Below, piece by piece: positions 17,832 to 28,388 of a stretch of DNA of 64,000 nt; position 1 is the first letter of the stretch; each line of letters starts with the position of its first letter. The stretch is taken from contig CAKOLB010000006.1 of the NCBI GenBank assembly GCA_934096125.1, forward strand, positions 778 through 64,777. The letters are read 5' to 3'. Under the pieces are notes generated by a model. The model was not told the origin of the DNA, ran no database searches, and saw only the letters and a list, made by a program, of their open reading frames with translations. This stretch comes from an uncultured Bacilli bacterium (GTDB taxonomy: Bacteria; Bacillota_I; Bacilli_A; RF39; UBA660). Both the position numbers and the translations under genes were made by a program.

Positions 17832-18719
17832 TTACCTCCGATTTTCACTAATAAGCTCATAATCAGATGTAAGTTGCTTTATTCTTTCTATTATTCTTCT
17901 AGCTTTTACTTTATCAACACTATCTTTTGTTAAAGATAAATTTCTCTCTAACTCATCAATTGTTAAATTAGAAGTAATAAATGTTGACATTTTATTATTC
18001 ATTCTATACTGAAGTATTGTTCCAAGAATCTCATCTCTTCCCCAAGCTGTAACATTCTCCGCTCCTAAATCATCAATTAAAAGCAAATCAACTTCTTGAA
18101 ACTCTTTGATATAATCAGATATAATGCTAAAATCTTCTTTCATCTTGCGTAAAGCCTCAGGAAAATACACAACCATAATCGAAGCATGTTTTTTCACCTT
18201 TAGTTCATTTAATAAAGCTGATATCAAAAAGGTTTTTCCACTTCCAAAAGAACCATGCAAATAAAGTCCTTTAAGAGAACTAGTTTTTTCATATTTATCA
18301 TAAAAATCTTTAAGCCATTTTATCACTGCTACTCTATTTTTATCCGTTATATCAATATCTTTCATTCTAATATTTTCTAGTTCATTAATACTATTTAATT
18401 TTTCCAGTTTCTTTTGACTTTCTTCTTTTTTATACCGACAAGGCATATAAATAAATTTTAAAAAGCCCCCATCATAACTAGGGTAAAGCACATAACCACT
18501 TAACTTATTTTGACAATTTATAAGCCCTTTGCAATTTTGGCAATTTTTAAGTTCTAAAACAGTATCCATAAGTTTAGTATTATTTTTAAGAGCATCAGCT
18601 CTCGTAATTTTATTTCTCTTTAATAGATCACAAAACTCTTTTGTTTGCATAGATATATTTAGCTCTTTTTCTAATTCTTCTTTTATTTTATCTATCCTAC
18701 TCATCTTTATTTTTTCCAT
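17832..18719 (-). CDS. dnaI: primosomal protein DnaI (helicase loader)
   Basis: N-terminal Cys cluster, Walker A GSFGSGKT, and position immediately after dnaB. Confidence 0.8.
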   Translation of the reverse strand: MEKIKMSRIDKIKEELEKELNISMQTKEFCDLLKRNKITRADALKNNTKLMDTVLELKNCQNCKGLINCQNKLSGYVLYPSYDGGFLKFIYMPCRYKKEESQKKLEKLNSINELENIRMKDIDITDKNRVAVIKWLKDFYDKYEKTSSLKGLYLHGSFGSGKTFLISALLNELKVKKHASIMVVYFPEALRKMKEDFSIISDYIKEFQEVDLLLIDDLGAENVTAWGRDEILGTILQYRMNNKMSTFITSNLTIDELERNLSLTKDSVDKVKARRIIERIKQLTSDYELISENRR

Positions 18720-19984
18720 TATTTAAACTCCTTTAATAAGTTTTCTAATTCTTCCTTTTCTTCCTCAGTCATCTGTTCTTTTTCATTTAATTTATTAAAC
18801 CATACTGGTTCTTTTGTCTCTGTCTTTGCAAAAGCCATCTTCTTTGTTAACTTTTTATTTTCTTTTTCGGCAAAATCCATCGCTTCTTTAGCGGTTTTAA
18901 GTCCCGACCTTTTCCACTGCCCTGCAATAGCTTCCACATAATTAGTAGATAGTTTATTATTGTTTTTTCGCAAAACATAATCAAGTAAAACATTTACTAC
19001 AGCCGGTGGCATCTCTAAATCAACAATTAAATTCTCAATAATCTTTATATCTCTATTAGTAGGCTTAACTCCATTATATTTAGTCATCAAAAAGTCCACT
19101 GGATTAATGCTTTCAAACATTTGAATAATTTTTCCTCGCATTGATGTATCTCCAGATGGCGTTTTTAAATATTCAGGCTGAGCTCTATAAATTAAAGTTG
19201 GCAATCCACCTTTAGTATTTTGATACATCTTTCTAGCCGCAAGTCGCAAAGCATTCTTATCAATCATTCCATATTCATTTAAAACACTTCGAATAAGCTC
19301 CATCATTTTTAAAGTATCAATTTTATATAAAAAAGCTATCTCATTAATAAGTTCCTTCGTTTTCTTATTAAAAGCTCTTTCATTAATTATTCCCTTAGGA
19401 ATTGAAGAAACTAGCAAATCAAAATCAATTATATTTCCAACACTTATATCTAAAGTTTCTCTATCAACTGCTTCAAATGCTATATTCAGTTTACTTTCAT
19501 ACACTTCATCCATTTTCTTCGTTATATCAGTATAATCCTTTGTATCAATTCTAAACTTTTTATATTTTTTCTTTAGATATTCATATTCAGTTGCTCCAAT
19601 ATTATTATATAAAACAATATTTAAAATAGGATGAGAAAAAAACTCATTCGGAGTAAGCGGTGTATAAAGTTCATAAATGTAACTATTTACATCTCCAGCT
19701 TTAAAAAAGCTTCGAATAAGACCCACTGCTTCCAAAGATTCTCTTGCCACTTTTATATTTTTAAGTGGTGTTTTCAAAATAGACATTAAGTGATGATGAG
19801 TAAGTTCTCTCGATATTTGCATGCTACTTTCTAAATCATTAAACAAAGTTAAATATAAACTTGTTGCTAGATGTCCAATAATCGGTTCATAAAAGGAAAT
19901 TAAATTTTTCTTATCTTCATCAGTTAAAATACTTTTATTTACTACTGTATAACAGTCCGCTGGTAATAAACTCACTTCCATCAA
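18719..19984 (-). CDS. dnaB: replication initiation/membrane attachment protein DnaB (DnaD-domain)
   Basis: DnaD/DnaB-like domains. Its stop overlaps the dnaI start, the conserved Firmicute dnaB-dnaI pairing. Confidence 0.7.
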   Translation of the reverse strand: MMEVSLLPADCYTVVNKSILTDEDKKNLISFYEPIIGHLATSLYLTLFNDLESSMQISRELTHHHLMSILKTPLKNIKVARESLEAVGLIRSFFKAGDVNSYIYELYTPLTPNEFFSHPILNIVLYNNIGATEYEYLKKKYKKFRIDTKDYTDITKKMDEVYESKLNIAFEAVDRETLDISVGNIIDFDLLVSSIPKGIINERAFNKKTKELINEIAFLYKIDTLKMMELIRSVLNEYGMIDKNALRLAARKMYQNTKGGLPTLIYRAQPEYLKTPSGDTSMRGKIIQMFESINPVDFLMTKYNGVKPTNRDIKIIENLIVDLEMPPAVVNVLLDYVLRKNNNKLSTNYVEAIAGQWKRSGLKTAKEAMDFAEKENKKLTKKMAFAKTETKEPVWFNKLNEKEQMTEEEKEELENLLKEFK

Positions 19985-20022
19985 ACATCACTTCCCCATT
20001 AACCTGATTATAGCATGATTTT

Positions 20023-20634
20023 TCAAAAAAAATACAATCTTTTTACTTTTAAAACCTTAATTGTTCTATTATATCGTTTCCAAATTATTTTTATAAAAAT
20101 TATTAAAAGAAAAAGTCCTAAAACAACTTTAGCATATTTATCTAAAACATCAAGCATTATTCCATAATTTTTTCCTAAAACTCGTCCAGAAACAATTAGA
20201 ACACTATTCCATATAAGTGAGCCAAAAGTGGTATAGATTAAAAATGGCAAAAAAAACATTTTACTTACTCCTGCAGGAATACTTATAAGACTCCTGATTA
20301 TAGGGACAAACCTTCCCAAAAAAACTGCTTTCGTTCCTTTTGAAAGAAACCAAGCACTAGCTTTTCCCACATTTATTTTCTCCTTTTTCATAAGATTTCG
20401 TCCTGTATACCCAAGATAGTAAAGAATAATTGCTCCCAGCACTGAACCAAGCGTTGAAAAAAGTATAACTCCCCCTACTTGCAAAGAAGTATTTGTAGTA
20501 AAAAATCCCCCCAATAGCAAAATAACTTCAGAGGGAATAGGTGGCAATAAGTTTTCTAACATTATTAAAAACAAAATACCCAAGTAGCCAAAATCGTTAA
20601 TAACAACCAGTATAAACTCTTGCACATAAATCAC
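20023..20634 (-). CDS. DedA/SNARE-associated family membrane protein
   Basis: Multi-TM protein with a DedA-like core (GRFVPIIRSLISIPAG). YtxB in Bacillus occupies an analogous position. Confidence 0.75.
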   Translation of the reverse strand: MIYVQEFILVVINDFGYLGILFLIMLENLLPPIPSEVILLLGGFFTTNTSLQVGGVILFSTLGSVLGAIILYYLGYTGRNLMKKEKINVGKASAWFLSKGTKAVFLGRFVPIIRSLISIPAGVSKMFFLPFLIYTTFGSLIWNSVLIVSGRVLGKNYGIMLDVLDKYAKVVLGLFLLIIFIKIIWKRYNRTIKVLKVKRLYFF

Positions 20635-20939
20635 CTTGATATAATTATATTATTCATACAACTATTTATAACGTGCAACTTCACAATTATTCAAAATTAA
20701 CTTTAATAAATTATCATTAGCATTTATATTTTCAAAATAGCACTTTACAGGTATGTGAAACTATTAATACTTTTTTATCTTTATACTCAGCTTTAATTTC
20801 ATCTAAAATGTATATATTCTTTCCAAAAACTCTTCAACAGTTTCTGCCATCTCATAAGTTCTCGTTTTAATCCATCAGCGAGAATAAGAGCCGTCTCTTT
20901 AGTCTTTTTAATGGAGAACAAATAATTAAATCTATATTT

Positions 20940-21194
20940 TCATTTTTTCATGTTTTCTAATGCTTTTGAATAATTACCAATCACCTTTAAAATTTCTTGA
21001 CTGTCGCTATTTTGTAAATCATCATTTATTCTATTAGCTATATCGATTAACTGAACAGTCTTTTCTAAGCACTCTAGTCTCCTTTGATTAATTGCGTATC
21101 CTTGCAACATATAATCTTTCAAAATCTTATTAGCCCATCTTCTAAAAACAATTCCATTTTGTGATTTAACCCGATACCCTACGCTTATTATCAT
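20940..21194 (-). pseudogene. remnant of a RhuM-family (Virulence_RhuM) gene
   Basis: The 84-aa ORF begins in the middle of the RhuM domain (IISVGYRVKS.NGI.FRRWANKILKDYMLQGYAINQRRL). There is no N-terminal half, and the region downstream is degenerate. Confidence 0.5.
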
Positions 21195-21248
21195 ATCTAG
21201 ATTATAGTAGTCAATATTTCTAGTTACTTTTCTATTTTCTTCTTTTTG

Positions 21249-21273
21249 AACTGTCGCAAATTTTGCGACAGTT
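21249..21273. repeat. perfect 25-bp palindrome AACTGTCGCAAATTTTGCGACAGTT
   Basis: Arms of 12 nt with a 1-nt centre, GC-richer than the flanks. Lies between the RhuM remnant and the DUF362 gene. Confidence 0.7.
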
Positions 21274-21292
21274 GAAGCATCAAGTTCTCCCT

Positions 21293-22207
21293 TTAATCTA
21301 TATTTATTATTTCATACTCTCTGTTTCCAAGTCCTAGCTCAAAAGCAGTTTCTACAATATGAATAGCATGCTTTTCTTTCATTCTATGAATCAAAGATTC
21401 TTTTCCCGGATCGTTAGAATTAACAATAGTATCATAACAACATTGATCTAAAGCCACTGGATCAACACTTGCAAATATTCCTATATCTGCCATCTCTGGA
21501 TCTGCCGGATTTGAATCACAATCACAATCTATAGAAATTTTATTAGCAATATTAATATAAGCCATATTCTCTGGTTTAAAATATTCCACAACAGCTTTAT
21601 CTGCTTCGGCCATACTTTCTAAAAAACCATCTTGGTCATCTGTTAATTCCCACACTTTTTTAGTATCACTAGTTCTTCCCACAGAATGTATCCAAGCCTT
21701 CCCATTACTAGATGCAACTCCAATACTCATATTTTTTAAAGCGCCTCCAAAACCACCCATTACATGACCCTTAAAATGCGATAGCATTAACATTGAATCA
21801 TAATTTTGAATATGGCTACCAACAATATTTTTATTTTGTAAATGTTTTCCACCATTAACAGGTATTTCTATCTCACCTTCTTCATCCATGATATCACACG
21901 GAGCAATTTCCATAAAACCATGAGCCTTAATTGTTTCCCAGTGATCACTAGAAATCATTCTCTTCCCAGGATATGCTGTGTTACATTCCACTAAAGTTCC
22001 ATTTAATTTTTGAACTAAGCCTTTAATTAAATTAGGATCAAGAAAATTATGACCGCCCATTTCTCCCGTTGATATTTTAACAGCTACTTTTCCCTTTAAA
22101 GGATGATTTAGTGCCTCATATATTTTTATAAGTCCTTCCTTACTAATATCCTTTGTAAAATAAACTTTTGATTTTTCCATAATATTTTCCCTCCATTTAC
22201 TTATCAT
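21293..22207 (-). CDS. DUF362-like conserved protein
   Basis: About 300 aa with many Cys and His residues (CDCDSNPADPEMADIG..ALDQCCYD), which loosely recalls DUF362 proteins; the family assignment is tentative. Confidence 0.4.
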   Translation of the reverse strand: MISKWRENIMEKSKVYFTKDISKEGLIKIYEALNHPLKGKVAVKISTGEMGGHNFLDPNLIKGLVQKLNGTLVECNTAYPGKRMISSDHWETIKAHGFMEIAPCDIMDEEGEIEIPVNGGKHLQNKNIVGSHIQNYDSMLMLSHFKGHVMGGFGGALKNMSIGVASSNGKAWIHSVGRTSDTKKVWELTDDQDGFLESMAEADKAVVEYFKPENMAYINIANKISIDCDCDSNPADPEMADIGIFASVDPVALDQCCYDTIVNSNDPGKESLIHRMKEKHAIHIVETAFELGLGNREYEIINID

Positions 22208-22273
22208 GTTTTCTATCTACATATTAACTTACTTTGTTTTCATCTACAACTAAAACTTATCACTTTTTAAGTT

Positions 22274-22501
22274 TTAATCTTCCGCATGTTTATCCCAATC
22301 AAGGTCCGGGTCAAATCCATTTTCTTTTTCCCATTTGATATGGGCATCGCGAGCATTCCGCACAGCTAACGACCCAGAATTTTTTGTAATAGAAGCACCT
22401 TCAGTTACTAAAAAAAACGATAAATTATATTTTTTAGCTAATTCATTTACTTCTTGACAAAATTCTCTAGCTTTTTTCACTTTTTCATTATTCATTTTCA
22501 T
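22274..22501 (-). CDS. small hypothetical protein
   Basis: 75 aa, overlapping the upstream CMD gene by 14 nt. Confidence 0.25.
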   Translation of the reverse strand: MKMNNEKVKKAREFCQEVNELAKKYNLSFFLVTEGASITKNSGSLAVRNARDAHIKWEKENGFDPDLDWDKHAED

Positions 22502-22808
22502 AAACCTCCTTAAGTAAATTAAATACCGCCCAACCTTTTGGCCATCCTACATAAAAGGCAGTATGTGTCACGATTCCCACCATTTCGTTTCTAGTAACGC
22601 CATTATTTTTAGCATTTACTAAATGATATTTAAGCGAGTTATCAGTAATACCACTAGACATAAGTGCCACAATAGTAATAATACACCTTGTCTTTAAATC
22701 AACAGATGAATCATTCCAATTCTCTCCAAATAATATATCATCATTATAATGAGCAAAAGCAGGTGCTAAATCACCTAATTGCTTTCTTCCAGCAGTTTGG
22801 ACAATCAT
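22488..22808 (-). CDS. carboxymuconolactone decarboxylase (AhpD-like) family protein
   Basis: CMD core ...GVTRNEMVGIVTHTAFYVGWPKGWAV. Confidence 0.7.
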   Translation of the reverse strand: MIVQTAGRKQLGDLAPAFAHYNDDILFGENWNDSSVDLKTRCIITIVALMSSGITDNSLKYHLVNAKNNGVTRNEMVGIVTHTAFYVGWPKGWAVFNLLKEVYENE

Positions 22809-23023
22809 TTATTCTCCCTCTTTCTTTATTTTTTCAAGCCACTTTTTATCTTTTCAGTACAAGTTATCAAAGTATCTGAATAACTTTTAAACACAATATT
22901 CATTTCATCTTTCACATTTACATTATGACATATTTTCTTGATTATCATACTCAACAAATGGACCAGAGTGTCTTATTAAACAAACTAGAGCTTTAATTTT
23001 TTTTACAACTTTTATAATAGACT

Positions 23024-24220
23024 TTATTTAATTTTTAGGATGCACACACATTCCACATGATAAGTATAACAAAACATATCACAAACATAAAAATTTTGAA
23101 TATCATAACTATCTTTAATTAAGTTTAAATCTCTTGCTAAAGTATGATAATCACAAGATATATAAATTATTTTCTCAGGTAGTTTTTCCTTTATCAAATT
23201 TATTACACTAATTGATACCCCTTTTCTCGGTGGGTCCAAAATCAAAGTATCAAATACTCCGGCATCAATCTTTCCAACATCTTTAGCATCCAAAAGCAAA
23301 AAATCTGCATCTAAATTATTTAATGAGGCATTATACCTTGCATTTAATACTGCATTATCCACTATTTCTATTCCCATAGTTATCGCTTTTTTCCTAGCAG
23401 CTGTTAAACTTAAAACCCCAACACCTGAATATAACTCTAAGACCTTATCACCTGGCTCAATATAGCTACTCACAATACCCAGCAATTTATCAGCAACAGC
23501 CAAATTAACTTGAAAAAAAGCATCATAACTAACTTTAAACTTCAAATCATTTATTACTTCATAAAAATAATCATCACCAAAAACAAGATTATCATTTACT
23601 ATTATTCCTTTAATAAAAGAAACATTTTTTAATTCATTAACATCTACATTTTCCAAAGTCTTAATACTAACTATGACATCATTTTGATAATTAGCACGGA
23701 TAACTACCTCGCCATCTAAAATATTAATTTTCTTTATATAATAGGTGCACTTATTAATCACTTCTTTAGCAAGCATGCATTTATCTATTTTCACAAGACT
23801 ATGACTTTCCCTTTTATAATATCCAAGATTTCCATTTTTTATCTTAAATGTTATTTTATTTCGATAATGTGTACTCACAGGGCTATAAACAACTTCTGGC
23901 TTAATATCTATCTTCATCTTTTGAAAATAATTAACTACCATTTTCTTTTTTTCTAAAACAGTATCTTGATAAGTTAGGTTCTGCAGTACACACCCATCAC
24001 ATTCATCATAAAAAGGACAAAAAGCATCCACTCTTTTTAAAGATGGCTTTACTATTTTTTCTACTTTCGCTACATTATAACTTTTCTTTTTAGTATCTAT
24101 ATCTATTTCTACTATATCCCCAGGAACAGTCTTTGAGACAAAAGTAACCTTTCCATCCACAAATGCTATACCTTTGCCATAATCATCTAACTTCTCTATT
24201 TTCACTTTCATTTGCATCAC
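23024..24220 (-). CDS. rlmD: TRAM-domain 23S rRNA (uracil-C5)-methyltransferase, RlmD/RumA family
   Basis: N-terminal TRAM (GKGIAFVDGKVTFV..PGDIVEI), four Cys residues, a SAM-MTase core with DPPRKG, and a C-terminal catalytic Cys. Confidence 0.8.
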   Translation of the reverse strand: MMQMKVKIEKLDDYGKGIAFVDGKVTFVSKTVPGDIVEIDIDTKKKSYNVAKVEKIVKPSLKRVDAFCPFYDECDGCVLQNLTYQDTVLEKKKMVVNYFQKMKIDIKPEVVYSPVSTHYRNKITFKIKNGNLGYYKRESHSLVKIDKCMLAKEVINKCTYYIKKINILDGEVVIRANYQNDVIVSIKTLENVDVNELKNVSFIKGIIVNDNLVFGDDYFYEVINDLKFKVSYDAFFQVNLAVADKLLGIVSSYIEPGDKVLELYSGVGVLSLTAARKKAITMGIEIVDNAVLNARYNASLNNLDADFLLLDAKDVGKIDAGVFDTLILDPPRKGVSISVINLIKEKLPEKIIYISCDYHTLARDLNLIKDSYDIQNFYVCDMFCYTYHVECVCILKIK

Positions 24221-24277
24221 ACCAATATTCTAGCATAAATAAAGAATTTTAGTAAACATTAATAATGGTGAAATCTT

Positions 24278-25699
24278 ATGAATAAACTTACGCACTTTCT
24301 ACAAAATGAATTTAAAAACACTCCCGATTTAATTACTAAAACAATAAACATAAACCATTTTAATATAATATATATAATGTATTTAGAAACAATCAGCAGT
24401 AGTAACAGAGTTAATGACTACATATTAAAAGAACTAGTAAATAACAAAGATAAAATAAATAAAAATAATATTGAATCTTTTATCGCCGGTCCTAATAGCG
24501 TACAAATTGAAAATAAAGATAAATGCAAGTACTACTTAACAAATGGATACACTCTTGTAATTATCAAGGATAAAATAATCGCAGTTGAAACCAAAGCAGA
24601 TTTAACTCGCGCTATCGAAGGTAGTACAGTGGAGTCATCAATCAATGGTCCGAAAGACTCTTTTACTGAAAACATTCAAACCAATATCGGCCTTATTAAA
24701 AGAAGAATTAAATCTAATACTTTAAAAACAGAAAATAAAGTAATTGGTCGCAAAACTTTAACAGCTATAAGTCTTTTATATTTTGAAGATATCACTGATA
24801 AAAAAATTATTAAAAACATCCAAGAAAGACTTGAAAACATTGACATCGATGGCATCGTCGACTCTAGTTCTCTTGGCTTTTTAATCGATAATCAAAACTC
24901 TGTCTATCCAACCTTTGTGCAAACTGAAAGACCAGATACTGCTGCTACTTCCCTTTTAGAAGGTAAAATAGTCATTTTAGTAGACACATCTCCCTTTGCT
25001 ATCATTCTACCCGCCTTTTTCATCGATTTTATCAATCCAACCGTTGACAACTACAACAAAAGTCCTAATATCAACTTCATTAAAATATTAAGATTTTCAA
25101 CCTTTTTAATCTCCATGATTGCCCCAGCCCTCTACATTGCTATCATGAACTACAACGAAGAAACTATTCCAACAAGCCTACTTTTAAATTTTGCTATCCA
25201 GCGCGGTGGAGTTCCATTCCCAACCATCATTGAAACTCTCATCATGCTAATAGTCTGCGAAATTTTAAGAGAAAGTGATTTGCGTTTTCCATCCAGCTAC
25301 GGTTCAACTGTTTCCATCCTTGGAGCAATTGTTCTAGGTGAAGCATCAGTATCCGCCGGAATAGCCTCTCCGATAACTATCATTGTTATTGCTATTACCT
25401 TTATCTCTAGTCTAACCTTTACAACAATTGAGATAAATAATGCCTTAAGATACTTCCGTTTTATCTTTATCATATTTAGTGGTTTTCTAGGTCTTTATGG
25501 CATAACCCTAGCCTTCTTATACTTTTTAATCTACACAGTTAGCACCAGCTCTCTAACATTCCCTTACTTTGCCCCAATATCTCCCTTTAATAAAGAGTAC
25601 TTTAATGCATCAGTCTTAAAACAAGATATCAAAAAAGACATTAAAAGAAGCACGCTTTTTACCCATAAAAATATAATCAAACAAAAGGAGGTCAAATGA
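24278..25699 (+). CDS. spore germination protein, GerA/GerKA family (A subunit)
   Basis: GPKDSFTENIQTNIGLIKRRIKSN and C-terminal TM helices are typical of GerAA. Confidence 0.85.
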   Translation: MNKLTHFLQNEFKNTPDLITKTININHFNIIYIMYLETISSSNRVNDYILKELVNNKDKINKNNIESFIAGPNSVQIENKDKCKYYLTNGYTLVIIKDKIIAVETKADLTRAIEGSTVESSINGPKDSFTENIQTNIGLIKRRIKSNTLKTENKVIGRKTLTAISLLYFEDITDKKIIKNIQERLENIDIDGIVDSSSLGFLIDNQNSVYPTFVQTERPDTAATSLLEGKIVILVDTSPFAIILPAFFIDFINPTVDNYNKSPNINFIKILRFSTFLISMIAPALYIAIMNYNEETIPTSLLLNFAIQRGGVPFPTIIETLIMLIVCEILRESDLRFPSSYGSTVSILGAIVLGEASVSAGIASPITIIVIAITFISSLTFTTIEINNALRYFRFIFIIFSGFLGLYGITLAFLYFLIYTVSTSSLTFPYFAPISPFNKEYFNASVLKQDIKKDIKRSTLFTHKNIIKQKEVK

Positions 25700-26772
25700 A
25701 AAAAATAATCATTTTACTTGTTGTTTTAAGTTTCACATCCGCTTGCTACGACTACAAAGAAATTAATGATTTAGCAGTTATAAATGCAATTGGTATTGAC
25801 TATCAAGATGAAAAATACATAGTTACTTTAGAAGTATTAAATGATAAAATCGATAAAAACTCATCTAAAATTACATCTTACACTAAAAAAGGAAGTGGAA
25901 AAACTTTAACAGAAGCCATAGAAGCATCCGCTGATAAACTAGAAAATCAAGCCTACTACAATCATATCAAATTAATGATTATCAGCAAAGAAATAGCAGA
26001 AAATAAATTTAAAACAATCATTGACTTCTTTCTTCGTAATACTTATTTTAGGGAAAACTTCTATCTAGTATCAAGTTTAAGCACTTCACCCGAAGACCTA
26101 TTAGAAAACACTGGCAAAATAAATCCTATTGCAAGTAATAACATTATCAAAATGCTTGAAAACAACAAATATTCATCTAACATCGCTGTTTTAAAAACCT
26201 TTGATAAAATCATAGAAGAAGTAATAACCTTTGGAATTGATACTTCCTTTTCAAATATAACTATCAATGATAATGAATTTAAGATCGACGGGTTAACAGT
26301 TTTTCATAATGAAACCTACCAAGGATTGCTAGATAATAACATAGCCAAGATATATAACATTTTAAACGATGAGTATTACCGGCCAAGTTTTAGCGCCCAA
26401 ATAAATGATGTCCCTTTTTCCATTTCTCTTCTAACTGGAAAACCAAATGTTACTATCACTAAAAATCAAATAAATATCACGGGAAATGTGCAAGGCAAAA
26501 TACTTGATAATGCATCCGAAATAGATATCAAAAATACAAATAATTTAGAAAAGATAAATGCAAAATTCACCAAAAGTATTAATGAAGAGTTCACAAGCTT
26601 TTTTAAAATCGTCCAAAAATCAAATGCAGATATCCTAGGGCTTTCCCGGCAAAACTATATTAAAACCCGCCACAAAAATAATAGTTTCTGGCACCATTTA
26701 AATATTTCTTCCAACATAAAATTTACGATAAATAAAAAAGGTTTAATATACGAGGTAAAAGATGAAAACTAA
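25696..26772 (+). CDS. spore germination lipoprotein, Ger(x)C family
   Basis: Lipobox LSFTSAC and GerC-family length. Overlaps the A subunit by 4 nt. Confidence 0.75.
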   Translation: MKKIIILLVVLSFTSACYDYKEINDLAVINAIGIDYQDEKYIVTLEVLNDKIDKNSSKITSYTKKGSGKTLTEAIEASADKLENQAYYNHIKLMIISKEIAENKFKTIIDFFLRNTYFRENFYLVSSLSTSPEDLLENTGKINPIASNNIIKMLENNKYSSNIAVLKTFDKIIEEVITFGIDTSFSNITINDNEFKIDGLTVFHNETYQGLLDNNIAKIYNILNDEYYRPSFSAQINDVPFSISLLTGKPNVTITKNQINITGNVQGKILDNASEIDIKNTNNLEKINAKFTKSINEEFTSFFKIVQKSNADILGLSRQNYIKTRHKNNSFWHHLNISSNIKFTINKKGLIYEVKDEN

Positions 26773-27784
26773 TTCTAATCTATTAACATATTTTCTCACT
26801 CGCATTTTATTTTTAGGCGGTGGAATATCTATGATGTATGAACAAAGTCAAAGAGATGCCTACATTTCTTGTTTTTTAGGTACTCTTCTTGGAATTGCTA
26901 TAATCTATATATTCTCCTATTTCTATCAAAGGATTAATATGCCACTAAAAGTCTATCTTCAAAAAAAATCTATCATAAACATCATTTTAAAAATAGTTTA
27001 TTCTTTTTATATCATATTTCTCATTTTTATTATTCTTATTATATTATCTACCTTTATATATTCTTACTTTCTTCCCTTTACTCCATCCTTTTTATCTTGT
27101 CTTCCCTTTATATTTCTAGCTTGTTATAAATGTCCAAAAATCTCAAGTACTATATATTATATTGGTTTTATATTACTTATCTTAAGTTTATCTATAATTA
27201 TATTAAAAACAAGCTTGTTATCATCTGAACTTAATATTCAAAATATTTTACCAATTATTAATGTAAAGCCATCAAAAATCATATTAGCATCATTTATCTA
27301 TGCCATTTTATCAACTGCTCCATTTCTTCTAACTATTGGCGAGCCATCAACCTTTAATCAAAATATTAAATATTACATACTAGCATCATTTATGAATCTT
27401 TTAGTTATAACAACTCTTATCCTTGTTCTTGGTGATATGGTTTATATCTATAGTTATCCAGAATATGCCGGTCTTCGGAAAATAAGGTTCTTTAACTTCA
27501 TTGAAAACATTGAAAACTTCATCAGCATCAGTTGGTTCTACGACATATTTATTGCCTTATCACTTGCTAGTCTAAAAATTAAAGATATATTTAATACTTC
27601 CAAAACTAACATTTCATTTACCATATCTTTAATCACTTTATTTATAGTTAGTAAATACATCTCCACTAATTTTGCCACTTCCATTCAAATCTATAAAGTA
27701 TTTCCCTTTATCCTATTTGCAGCCATGCTTCTCATTTTAATTCTTTTAATTATTAAAACAAACATGAAAAAACACAATGACTAA
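26762..27784 (+). CDS. spore germination protein, Ger(x)B family (APC-type permease)
   Basis: 340-aa polytopic membrane protein. Third gene of the A-C-B operon, as in gerK. Confidence 0.7.
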   Translation: MKTNSNLLTYFLTRILFLGGGISMMYEQSQRDAYISCFLGTLLGIAIIYIFSYFYQRINMPLKVYLQKKSIINIILKIVYSFYIIFLIFIILIILSTFIYSYFLPFTPSFLSCLPFIFLACYKCPKISSTIYYIGFILLILSLSIIILKTSLLSSELNIQNILPIINVKPSKIILASFIYAILSTAPFLLTIGEPSTFNQNIKYYILASFMNLLVITTLILVLGDMVYIYSYPEYAGLRKIRFFNFIENIENFISISWFYDIFIALSLASLKIKDIFNTSKTNISFTISLITLFIVSKYISTNFATSIQIYKVFPFILFAAMLLILILLIIKTNMKKHND

Positions 27785-27802
27785 CCACTGTGTTTCTTTT
27801 TA

Positions 27803-27994
27803 TTAAAGAGACCTTTTATTTTTCTTATGAGAATTTTTAATTCCTTCTTCTTTTTTAATTCTTCTTTCTACCCCAGGTTTAACAGCATATTTTCTTTTTT
27901 TAAATTCTGAAGGGAGTCCACTTCTTGCCACTTTAGCTTTAAATTTCTTTAGTGCTACATCAACATTCCCATTTTGCACAATAACCTTTGTCAT
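27803..27994 (-). CDS. rpsU: 30S ribosomal protein S21
   Basis: 63 aa; VIVQNGNVDVALKKFKAKVARSGL..E.KKR..Y.KP matches S21. Confidence 0.85.
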   Translation of the reverse strand: MTKVIVQNGNVDVALKKFKAKVARSGLPSEFKKRKYAVKPGVERRIKKEEGIKNSHKKNKRSL

Positions 27995-28089
27995 TTTCAG
28001 CCCTCCCTTCTCGTTTTCCTAACCTATTATAGCAAAAGAAAATATGCTTTTCAACCATTTAAAAGGCACTTTTCTCTTGTTTTTCAAAT

Positions 28090-28233
28090 TTAACACGTTT
28101 TTAGAAGTGATTTTAACCCCATACCTAAAGCATAACCAATATCATATAAAAACTGACCAGCACTTCTTAAGGCATTTATAACCGAAGAAGACAAACCTCC
28201 AACAATTTTACTTAGTTCTTTATCACTTAGCAT
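28090..28233 (-). CDS. class II bacteriocin-like prepeptide B with double-glycine leader (47 aa, not in ORF track)
   Basis: Manual translation: MLSDKELSKIVGG-LSSSVINALRSAGQFLYDIGYALGMGLKSLLKTC. Its ATG overlaps the stop of peptide A (TAATG), and the leader is LS..ELS.I.GG. Confidence 0.6.
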   Translation of the reverse strand: MLSDKELSKIVGGLSSSVINALRSAGQFLYDIGYALGMGLKSLLKTC

Positions 28234-28379
28234 TAACTTCCCTCCTTACTACATACACCACTAGCATTTAAAAAGCCTGCAATAATGCCTGTCACAAAAG
28301 CTCCAATACCACTAAGTACAGTCCAAAATGCTGAGCCACCCCCAATAATACTTCCAAGTTCTTTAGTTTCTAACTCCAT
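28233..28379 (-). CDS. class II bacteriocin-like prepeptide A with double-glycine leader (48 aa, not in ORF track)
   Basis: Manual translation: MELETKELGSIIGG-GSAFWTVLSGIGAFVTGIIAGFLNASGVCSKEGS. AGGAGG sits 5 nt upstream, and the mature peptide has GxxxG motifs. Confidence 0.6.
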   Translation of the reverse strand: MELETKELGSIIGGGSAFWTVLSGIGAFVTGIIAGFLNASGVCSKEGS

Positions 28380-28388
28380 AACATCCTC

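Noticed and set aside
28000-28090. Looked for a terminator or extra peptide gene between bacteriocin peptide B and rpsU.
   Set aside because: No stable hairpin or further GG-leader ORF found. The region appears to be only the rpsU promoter and SD.
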